The position numbers were made by a program, and so were the translations under genes. DNA of 64,000 nucleotides, taken from the NCBI GenBank assembly GCA_001179505.1, contig CDMY01000061.1:1-64000 (forward strand). The letters are read 5' to 3'. Position 1 is the stretch's first letter; every line of letters starts with the position of its first letter. The notes beneath the pieces are model-generated. The model had not been told where the DNA came from and did no database searches. It worked only from the letters and a program-made list of their open reading frames with translations. Below, piece by piece: positions 36,942-47,478 of the stretch. This DNA is from Vitrella brassicaformis CCMP3155. Lineage: Eukaryota > Protista > Chromerida.

Positions 36942-37740
36942 ATGAAGCTCTTAGTCGTCCTTCTCGTTTCATCGGTCTTTCTATCAACGTCTGCACTCCC
37001 ACCCCCCTCACTGCGCCGCTCCTCCCTTCCCTCGCCGCGAACCATGACCGTCCCTGTGCGGCGCACCGCCCCGACCAAACAACCGTCCACGGCCACCCCT
37101 GTTCCAGCGGACGATCAGAAATGCTCTTCCCCACCGCCTCCAACGCCGACGGGGCAGGTCGCGGCTCACTACGTGATAGAGGCCTTCCGCCCCTGGTCGC
37201 TCAGCCCGACGTTGTGCACGTCTGCTCTGGGTGCTGCGGTGGCGTGGCGCTCGGAGGACATGTTCAGCCTGCCGGTGTTTCTGCTGCAGTTGGCCGTGTG
37301 TGTGGGGCTGCAGAGCGTTGCCAACCTGCTGAACACGTACTTCGACCACAAGAAGGGCTTCGACACCAGGGAGCACAACGCCGACCCGACGCTCGCTGAG
37401 GATAGGCTCACTGTCAAACAGGTGTGGATCGCGATAGGATGGAGGGAGGAATGCAACACACATAGCCTGCCTGGTTGTCTGTGTGTGTGTGTCTGTGTGT
37501 GTGTGTCAGGTTCTCATCCTGATGGCTGGCTCGTGGTTGGTCAGCGGCATTGCCGGCGTGCAGCTGGCCCGCCTGGCGCCGGCAGGAGTGGACCCCCTCA
37601 CCCTGCTGCTCTTCATCGCCGGAGGGGCCTTGATCGCGTCCATCTATTCGGCCCCTCCTGGCCTCAAGTACATTGGCCTGGGCGACGTGGGTGTGTTCGC
37701 CGCCTGGAGCCTCCAGACCCTCTTCTCATTCTTCGTGCAG

Positions 37741-37771
<31 letters not shown>

Positions 37772-38534
37772 ACAACGAGAGAACGAAAGGCACAGCGTCA
37801 GGATGGGTGTCAGTCAGGTGATATGGATGGATGGTTTTGGGGTGTCTGTGGTGCGTTGGTTTGGTGTGTCAGACGGGCAAGCTGTCGCTGCTGCCTATTT
37901 GGCGTGCACTGCCTCTGGTCCTGCACACGGTGGCCATCCTCCACGCCAACAACACGCGGGACATCAACAACGATCTCAGTAAAGAGGGATGCGCACACAG
38001 AACACACACCCGACCGACACCCATCACACGACTCCACATCACATCACATCACACCACACAGCCTTGTCGGGCTGTCTTGTCTTGTGTTGTGTTGTGTTGT
38101 GTTGTGTGCAGATGCGGGCGGGAGGACGTTGGCGGCGGTGGTTGGCTTAGACGCGTCGGTGTGGCTGTACAAGGCGCTGGTGATCGTGCCTTACGGACTG
38201 GCGATGGTCCGGGTACTGATGACCAACCTCTGGTACGCCCTGCCACTCATCACTATGCCCATCGCCAAGGGACTCGTCAAAAGGTATCCATCCATCCAGC
38301 CATCCATGACGACACACACGCACATGTCATGTTGGTGTGTGTACGTGCGTGTGTAGGTTTGAGGGTCGTCACTTCAAGAGTGGTGTTGTGGAGGACACGG
38401 CCAAGATGCAGCTGCTGTTCGGCGCCCTCACCTGCATAGCCGAGGCCAACAAGCCTATGATACCCCTACACGCCGTCGTCATAGTCGTCATGAAACAAAT
38501 GGCCGAACGGATGGTCGAGAAGCAGCAGCAGTGA
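36942..38534 (+). CDS. UBIAD1: UbiA-family prenyltransferase, UBIAD1/MenA (DHNA prenyltransferase)-like, with bipartite targeting sequence
   Basis: RPWSL, NLLNTYFDHKKGFD, YSAPPGLKYIGLGD, ILHANNTRDINND|AGGRTLA, EDTAKMQLLFG: the UBIAD1/MenA motif series with multiple TM helices. N-terminus MKLLVVLLVSSVFLSTSA plus an S/P/T/R-rich segment. Stop TGA 38532-38534. Confidence 0.9.
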
Positions 38535-39008
38535 CGGGACGGCCGGTGTGATGTGTGTCACTCACGTCACTCACGTGTGTGTACGGGCTGGCTGGCTGCA
38601 CTCACTGCATGTCATGTGATGTGATTGGGTGGGTTGAGGGGTCCTCTCGTGTGGTTCGTGTGGTTTGTCTGGTGGTTAGTTCTCATGCAGCAGCCGATGC
38701 TCTCTTTTATCGCTCATGCCAATGGTCAGGTGGGTGCGGTGCATTGAGGGCTCTGTCAATCGAGATGAGCATAGCATGGTGTGAGTGATGTATGTGGGCC
38801 TGGCGTGTGTGTCACTGCGTTCTTGCCGGTGAGCACAATTGTGTGCGTGTGTGTGTGTGGTGGAGACAGGATCTGTCTGCCTGTATCTATAATATGCGGG
38901 AACGAACACGGTAATCGTTGGTTGCAATGAGTCCCGCCACGAGGGCATAAACCCTTGACCCCAACCCTTTCACCCAAAACCCTCCCGCGCAGCCCACAGG
39001 TCCCTATT

Positions 39009-40582
39009 ATGTCCATGCGCAGCGTTCTGGCGGAGTTCCGATCCCTTTCGCACAGGATCTTCCCGAGGTGCACACAAGACAGACAGACGCACACGCACAC
39101 AGTCAGATCTACGAATGTGTGTTGCGGTGCCGATGATTGTCTTTGTCTGGATGTCCCTCTTTGCCTGTCTTTGTGTGCACTGCCAGGTGGCGCGAGCACA
39201 TGGTATCGCGTGCAGATCTCGCACACATGAAAATGGACGCACTGAGGTGGGGATTCGTGGAGCAGGACCGAGTGCGGCAGCTGCTGTCGCAGCTCAACTC
39301 GAAGCTGCTGGAGCGGCAGAAGGCGCAGCGGGCCGAGGGGCGGGAGGTGAGCGACGACGAGCTCACGGACGAGCAGAACCAGGCACTCACAGACATGGGT
39401 ATCACTGCAGAGGAACTGAAAGGTGGGTGGGAAGTGGACAGACGTGTGTGTGTCTGCGTGTTTGTGTTTTCTGCTGTCCATCCACCTGTCGTGTCGTTCA
39501 TTGACTGCTTGGTGCAGAGGGCATGAAGACAGCGTACGAGTGTGTAGCACAGCTGTACGTTGACGCCACCTCCCCGGACCCCGCTGTCCGCGCAGCGGCC
39601 CGTCAGCGGTTCGGCGAGATCCTCACACCATCCCTCAAACACTTCCTGATGGAGGTCCTGGACACCTACGCCAAACACCAGCTGAAACCGTACCTAGTCG
39701 TCGAGGTGAACTGCTGAGAGGGAGGGAGGGAGGGAGGGAGGGAGGTTGGGTTGACTGGCACGGCTCGCCGGCTGGGTGTTCATGTGTGTGGATGGATGAT
39801 CCAGGAGGTTCATCCGAGGGTGTTGGATGTGCGCGTCGAGAAGGGCTCGGGCGAGAGCGAGCTGGGCATCCTCGGTCGAATGGACCAGAGAGAAGCCCTC
39901 TACCACTTCTTCTCTGGTCGGCGGCAGGCAAACACATACCCATACACACATCATGATGCAAGTTTTGCCTTCCTTCTGGCCGTCTGCATGGCATGCAGGT
40001 GTGCTCGGCCCCGAGGGCGCCCTATCTCGCGACATCCAGCACCCATCAGGTGTCCCGAGGCGGATCGTCGTTGACGTGGAGCTGGCAGCGAGGGAGAAGT
40101 TCAGACTGCTGCCAGAGCAGCCGCCGACCCCCAAGGACGATGACATGCCCCCCTTGGCATACGTCGGACCAGCGCCTCGACATTCCAAGGTGCCCTGGCA
40201 TGTAAGCACGGCACGCACCAAGCACGCCACTCATACCAGGGGACAGACACATGTATGTATGACAGACACATGTATGTATGTATGTATCCTTGTCCAGCCG
40301 GCTGACATGCAGGGCGTGTCTGAGCCGCCCTCCCCGGAGACCCCGCGAGAAGAGCAGCGTGAGCCCGAGGGCCCCCCGCCGTGGTCGTCTGCGGGCCTCG
40401 AGAGCACCCCCTCACAGACGGTCCTGTGGCTGTGGACGTTTGAGCGAAGCCTTCTCAGGAACGATGATGAACGAGGCGGTGGCGGTGCGTCATCGGCGTC
40501 GTGGAAAGTGAGAAACATCAATGAAGGTAGGTGGGGCGGACGGGCGGGATGGTTCGGCAGTGGGCCAGTGAGGGCTGATTGA
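39009..40582 (+). CDS. Tim44-like domain protein (Tim44/MRPL45/Mba1 superfamily), probable
   Basis: Helical exons (AYECVAQLY, RFGEILTPSLKHFL) followed by beta-like RIVVDVELAAREKF and terminal WLWTFERSL...WKVRNIN, which resembles the WxFER..W.L..I end of Tim44-like domains. The N-terminus MSMRSVLAEFRSLSHRIFPR is presequence-like. Confidence 0.55.
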
Positions 40583-40975
40583 TGTGTTTGTGTGTGTATT
40601 TTGTTGTTTGTTGTGTTTTTTGTCAGCTATCCGTCCATACTGACGACTGACTGACTGACTGCCGGGGTCGGTCGAGCCATTCATTCATCGATCGACTGTG
40701 TCGGTCTGTGCAAAGTGAATGAGACTTGAGTGATGCTTCTCTGTTATTGAGTTTTTGGTTGTGTCTGGGGGTGGGGGGGTGGTCACCACATCCGGGATTT
40801 GCGCGAGTGTGAAGACGTGTCAATGGACAGACCTTTCGGGCCGTTAGAGGCAGATGACGTACGGGGAGGTCAGCAGGCCCTGGGCTCGGGGCAGACACGC
40901 CCAGAGGCCCTCGCAGCTGTGCCTTTCCTGCCCAACGGCCGAGTCAACGGCGGATGAAATAATGAGCCCTGCGGC

Positions 40976-42614
40976 ATGGAACGCTCTCGCCTCGCCGCAT
41001 CCCCCCTTCTCTCCGCCCATCTGCTGTTCGCCGCCGTATGTGTCATCGCCATCTTCTCTCTCACTTTCATCGCTACTGGGTTCGGTTCCGCCGGGCGGCC
41101 AAGAGCAGCTTCGCTCATCGACAGTGCCATTCCAGACACCGCAGCGTGCTCTCTGGAGGCTGATTTGGACCGATTCAGGGAGGGGAATCTCCTGCCATTG
41201 ATCAAGACCAACACGTCATCCTCTCAGCAATTCCACTGCGTTCGGGCGTCAAGCCCACCTGTGGCTGTCAGGGGGTGCGGCGATTGCAGTGGCCCGCCAA
41301 GTGTTGCTTTCCTCTTCCTGGTGAAAAACAACGTGCCGCTGGCTGCCCTTTGGGAAGAATGGCTCGCTTTGTCGATGGACAGGCGTCGTTTCACAGTCTA
41401 CTTGCACATACAGGAGGGCACCGGTGCGAGTGAGCCGCCCAGCAGCCTTAGAGGAGCTATATCAGTCGAGAGAGTCAAGACGAGCTATGGCAACTTTGTC
41501 CTCGCGGAGAACGCCTTGTTGAAGGCCGCCCTTCGTGATCCGTGCAACCAGATGATGGTGCTGGTGACTGTCTCGCACATTCCAGTGAGCCATCCTGATG
41601 TGGCGTATGACGTCCTCTTCCAACACAGAGTGCCCGAGACCGGCGGGCAGCCCACAAGCCGATTCTGGTATGGGTGTGTACACAGAATATGGTGCTGAGA
41701 AAGACAGACGAGGCGAAACATACGTGCTCATTGCTTGTCTGTCTCTGTGCGCTTGCAGTTATGCGAAGGCCAAGCCGTTCGAAAGGTATGCAGCGTGCAC
41801 GTACCGTCCATTCCATTCCTGTCTCCTATGCTAAACTACGTCCATCAGGTCAACACACAAGGGCATGGGAAACATGGACTTGGACCGCACCCCAGCAGAC
41901 ACAGCAAGCCCTTCTCCGTCTTGTCAAGATGCGGAGAGCACTATCGGATACGGTAGGCACTATCCGACGGAAACATGGATATTCATGCGCGCATTTCTGC
42001 TACGCACCTTTCTTTGTGCAGATCTCAAGCACCACCAGTGGCGGGCGTGGAACCGGTACCACGCCTCGATCGTCGTCGCACAGGGCCTTACTTATCCGTA
42101 CGACGGCCTTCCTTGGAACCGTGGCCATGGCCCGTACGCAGACCCGAGTGAGTGGTTTGGACATCACGTGCTTAGGAGGGCACTTGGGAATGGTGCCGTA
42201 TGGAAGCAGGTAGTGTACGGGACAGCAGCATTGGCCAAATTATCACATCGACGGCATGTCATGTGTGGCTGGCTGCCCATCCAGGTGAACGGTGGCCTGC
42301 AAACCAATCACACCGACCGGTGTGATGACAAAATCCTCACCGAATTCTGCGATACTAAAACCTGCTGGAGCGCCGACGCCTGCGGCTACGGCATGGGGCG
42401 CTCCTGTTCTCCCAGCGGCCCGCTTTGCTTCTCTTCTCTTAATCTGACCAAACTGACGGAGACTATCTCTTCCAGGCACCCGCTCTTTTTCAGGAAAGTC
42501 CCGCCAGATGCAACGCTTTTTGATGAGGGTGGAAGAGAGGTGGGTAGGGTGACTGACTTGCTAATACCACTCATTCGAAACTACAGCAGGCCTGTGTTAG
42601 TCACGAGTATATGA
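40976..42614 (+). CDS. type II membrane glycosyltransferase, core-2/I-branching enzyme (GT14/DUF266, BC10-like) family
   Basis: N-terminal TM (LLFAAVCVIAIFSLTFIATG), VAFLFLV..PLAALWEEW, FTVYLH, AENALLKAALRDPCNQMMVLVT.SHIP, KHHQWRAWNRYHA, later CDD..: matches the DUF266 motif order. Confidence 0.8.
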
Positions 42615-43044
42615 ATCAGTATGTGTGTGTTGTCTCCTGTCTCTTTTTCCGTCGTACCGGCTATAGCATTCCCTTGCACAGACTGTCCTGGGTGGTTGAT
42701 TCGTCGTATGTCTGATTGTATATTTGACGTGATTTACACAGTACAGTAGGCCTCTGTGTCGTAATAATAGTAGTACACACATCAATCCACTTTATTGAGT
42801 GTGTGTGTGGATTATACTTTCTGATATATGTGTGACAATGGCGGCATGTATGCCAGCCACATGGGCTTCATGGCCATTCATGGACTTACGTGACGTAAGT
42901 GGCTCATTCATCTGCACCCTATGTGGGTCAGTCACCCCTTACACACTAGCAGCTTCCTTGGTCAACCAACGGACATCTAAACAGCGGCTCACCCTCGACT
43001 CTCTCCCACACTGGCTGGCTACGGCTGGCTGGCTGGCTGGCTGC

Positions 43045-44483
43045 CTATGGGTGCTTCGGCAGCCCCACTGATGGCTCGACTTCCCTAAAGACGTTGCTCC
43101 GGTAGAACTTCAGCTCTTCAATGCTCTCGCGAATGTCCTCCTGCACACACAGCACAACACAGCCACACAGACAGACAGACAGACGTGTACAGGCCTGTGG
43201 CACATCTGGTGGTGGGTGCGTAGCATATGTACCAGTGCTCTGTGTCGGCCTTTCTTCAGAGGTGGAGTCAGGGCTGCTTATTGACGGACAAACCAGCGAG
43301 CGACACACAGAGACCGGCCATGGCAGCGCAGCGCACCGCACACGAACATCAGAGCCCTCTGTGTGTACCTGCCTGCATACCTGGGTACCACCTCCTGCAG
43401 AGCTCCTTCACCGTGCTCACGTCGACAATCCTGCAGCAAAGCAAGACGCAAACAAAGAAACAGACGAACCGAACGAGCCATGACATACCCCTGCCTTGCA
43501 AGGTAAGCATCCAGCCGGCCGGCTCGCTTGGTGCATCTGTATGTATGTATGTATGTCTGTCGGTCCCTCCCTCACCCCCCCAGGTGACCTGTAGTGTAGG
43601 TATCGTTCCAGCTTGGGCATGTCCTTCACCAGGAACCTTCTGTCCACATGCACACTGTTGCCCGCCTGCACACACACAAACCAACAGCAGCAAGCCACAG
43701 AGAGACCAGACAGACCATTCAGCAGCCAGCCGCCGATGCCCTCCCTCCCCATCTGCCCACCGCACGCACCAGCGGCGCCTCTCTCTCCTGGGCGTGCTGT
43801 CGGATGAAGGCAAGAATCTGCTCCTCGGCGTCTGAAAGGCTCATGGTCGACCTGCGCACTTTGTCAGTCAGACCTGCCATGAGTGCCATCCATTCCAGCA
43901 ACAGCAACAGCAGCAGCATGGTGGTTGGTGCACTCCCTGGCTGTGCTGTGCTGTGCTTCGCCAATCAATTCACCTGACTCGCCATGGTGCTTGGTGCACC
44001 ACTCGTCCATGGAGTCCAGGAGCGAGTCAGGGGCATAAATGACCAGATCTGGCCCCTGTGACATCGAACGAACGAACAAACAAACCCACACACAACGCGA
44101 CGCACACATTAATTACATCAGCCTCCTCGGCTCCTTGGTTGTTAGTCATGCCATCCATGTACAGTGTGCACCTCGATGACTCGTTCGAGCTGCCCATCCG
44201 TCACCACAACAGCCGCCTCAATTATCATGTCCTTCGCCGTATCCAGGCCCGTCATCTCGAGATCTATCCACACCAAGGGCGACTCCAGCCGCTCCGAAGA
44301 ACCCTGGCCCGTGTTCATCTGCAGGCCTTGAGAGGGTATCGCTGTGCTGCTGCTGCTGCTGCTGCAGAGCAGCGTCCTGAGTTTGCTGATCAGCTTGCCG
44401 GTGCGGCAGGCAACGGGAATGAGTCGCGGGAAGGCCAGCACAACGGAGTGGCACAGGATACAGAGGAAGATGCTCAGAGGCAT
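43045..44483 (-). CDS. REXO2: oligoribonuclease (Orn/REXO2, DEDDh 3'-5' exoribonuclease) with N-terminal targeting extension
   Basis: [58 protein letters not shown]|[24 protein letters not shown]|[14 protein letters not shown]: the complete Orn signature across 7 exons. Confidence 0.95.
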
Positions 44484-44705
44484 AGATCTGTCGACCTCCA
44501 CCTGCACCTGCGAGCTAAGCGGCGAGGCTTCTCTTCCTGTGCATTTGTCCTTTTGGAGCGGCCAAATGTCTGTCAGTGGCCGTGAGCTCAGTAGGAGCAG
44601 AGTGAAGCGACGTTTAGACGAGGATCCGTCCAGCTGGCAGGGATGCCGAGGAGATGGTGAGGAGCGCCGCGTGGCCAGGTGAGAAGATGATGGTCTGCTG
44701 ATGGG

Positions 44706-44893
44706 ATGGCAGATCTGCCCACCAGACGGGAGATCCCGGTTGTGTTGTTGGCTTTGGTGCAGATGCCGACCCACCTCCCACCGAAGCGGCCGCGCTGTGG
44801 GTGGCAGGGACACGTTAACCAAGACGGCGGCAGAGGGGCGGGGCGGAGAGCGGCAGAGCCAGCACATGACGGATGGTGAGAGATGGCAGACTG

Positions 44894-44924
<31 letters not shown>

Positions 44925-47126
44925 ACAGGCATCCATTCACTTCTTTGTACGTCATGTGTGTATGCAGGCACCGCCAGCACCCTGCCGCCTACTCTCGCCT
45001 CCGGCAGTGACCACAACGTTGCACCAGCGGCCACCAAGACCAACTCCCTCCAGCTGCCCCCCACGGACAACGACGGTCCGACCATGCCCATGCCCCTGGT
45101 AGAGATCAAGACAGAGCTGGACCCCTCGAGGCCCACCAGGATCATCAACAAACTCAACAAACACACACACAACACCGACGTCCAACAGCAAGACCCCCTT
45201 CACCAGCACCAGCAGTCGGTGCAGGGGTGTGGCAGTGGGGACACACCGGGGTCGTGGCTGTTTTCGGTGGGTCCTGGGGTGGGCGATGAGCAGGTGCGGC
45301 AGATATTGGGGTTCTCTGTCGACGTGACCCGCACCATCGACGCGGCCGGCTGGACGTGCGAGAAGGACATGTGGCGCAGCGTTGTGCAGATCGGATCACC
45401 AGGTGGATGGGTGTGAGGGTGAAAAGGGGGGTTGGGGGTGGGCGGCAGGAGATGCCGTGGGTTTCTGTGTCCCCCACAGCTTTGCTGGGTTTCTTTGACG
45501 CTGTCAACTATGAGGATAGCTCTAGCGCTCGGGATCTCGTCAGGACGGCCGGTAGGCTCGGACGGCAGGGCGGCAGGCACGTAACACAATCAATGCCTGC
45601 ATACGACACGATCTGCCTGTCTACCTGCTGTCAGTTGACCGTTTGGTTCGTCGCGAGACCCTGCTGCTGGTGGTAGACCATGTGCCGGGCAAGGACGAGG
45701 CACTCAGCGCCGTGGACAACGCAGAAACCGTCAAATTAGTTGGTATACAAAGATGCATTGACGCGCGCACACGTCACTGTCTGCCTGGACGTCTGTGTGT
45801 GTGTATGTGTGTGTGTGTGTGTGTGTGTGGACACACAGCGATATTAATCGACTCGATACTGGAGGCCTGGCAGTTGCAGAAGCGCGTCAACCCCGGTCTG
45901 CTTGCCCGCACCGCTGTCGTACTCAGGGGTGAGTGAACACGGACCCACACACATACACTCACCAGACAGAGAGACACAGATGTGTCCACGCACCAGGTCG
46001 CGGTGTGGGTCGCAAGATGCGCGCGGGAGTCCACAGGGTGCGCATCCAGCCCCTCGAGGCCAGCCAGTCATCCTAGAGTATGCCGGCCGCCCAGCCCTCC
46101 TCGGATCAATCACCGAAGTGTATGTGAGACGGCGGCAGTGGTGTAGACAGGCAGATCATGATGCGGGGGTTGGTGGGTTGGTGGGGAAGTAGATGACAGT
46201 CGCGGTCTTTGGGCCATGTGTGGTGGTGCAGACAGAAGAGACATAGGACGCTTCCAATATGCATTTGCATCTTTCATTCATCAACGTGTCCCTCATGAAA
46301 GGTCACACCCACACCCACACCCACACGGTCCCATCTTTCTCCTCCTCCACAGACTACCACAGACTACCACACACGCACGATGTCTCACTACACACACATG
46401 ACGCTGCGGCAATTCGACGCGCGAGAAGGCCACCAGCTGCCGATTCGTGTCGCAGATCAGTGAGCCCAGTTGCCGATTCGGATTGTGTGCGGATTGGCGG
46501 CTTTGACAGACGCACCACACATGATGCAGACGGACAGACGGACAGACACAGACAGACAGACAGACAGACAGCCGATGATGAGGGATAGATAGACGGGTTC
46601 ACTCATGCATCACTCACTCGTGCTGCACCGACGCACTCGTGTGCCTGGTGCAGACACCATGAAGCTGAGAATGACTGGTGGGTGGGAGAGACACACAGAC
46701 GTACACACACACACACACACACACACACAAATGACTGTGTCTTGTGTGTCGCAGAACCTGCCACTTGCTTCCGCGCTGTGTGTGTTGCAGGTTGGCCGAG
46801 TTCGAGAAAACCATGGTGCCTGTGGACGAGAGGCTGCAACACTGGGAGTGGCATACCTACGACAAAGCGCTCCAGATGGTACCGTCAAAGTGCTGCACAC
46901 ACACGTGCCACGTATATGTGAGCGTGTACTCATTTTCTCTCTGTGCAGGTCAGTCAAGGTCGGCAGCAGCCGTACACAGCGGTCGAGTTCGAGATTGGCA
47001 TTCGCCGCCTGAGCCAGAACCCCCGTCACCTCCGTACACACCTCGACCAGACCAACTGCTACCTCATGTGTGTACGCACACCCGCACACAGACACACACA
47101 CACACACACGCAGTGCGCGCATCTCC

Positions 47127-47165
<39 letters not shown>

Positions 47166-47216
47166 TGTGTCAGAGACGAAGACAACAAGAGGTTGGTCGT
47201 GGCCAAAGCCGAGTGA
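44706..47216 (+). CDS. hypothetical multi-exon protein; 5' end and internal linkage uncertain
   Basis: Protein-like exons ([48 protein letters not shown]). The last three exons splice in frame to [28 protein letters not shown]|[21 protein letters not shown]...CYL|[14 protein letters not shown] (TGA 47214-47216). This could be two genes. Confidence 0.5.
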
Positions 47217-47478
47217 CTGTCTCAGCCAGTGTGTCCGGGACTGACTTCTTCGTGTGTGTGTGTGTGTGTGTCTGCCGTGACGTGCATGAGTGGACGAACG
47301 AGGCGTGCACTGTGGAACACAAACGTATGGTCAGAACACGAATCGTCATCCATTCATCGCCGTGTCCCGCATGAAAGGTCACACCCACACCACCATCACC
47401 ATCACCCACACGCATGCCTGTCTGTCATCCATCCATCCATCCCCACGCAGTGCAGTCAATTGCACGTGTGTCGATCAT

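Noticed and set aside
38756-39550. 264-aa minus-strand ORF and other long antisense ORFs (e.g. 60280-61146, 56436-57158, 6249-6827)
   Set aside because: These are shadows of GC-rich coding exons on the opposite strand; the sense strand has the splice signals and domain motifs.
45640-46050. LLLVVDHV as a Walker B motif (Rad17/ORC-like AAA+ protein)
   Set aside because: No Walker A motif was found in upstream exons, so the evidence is too thin to name the gene.
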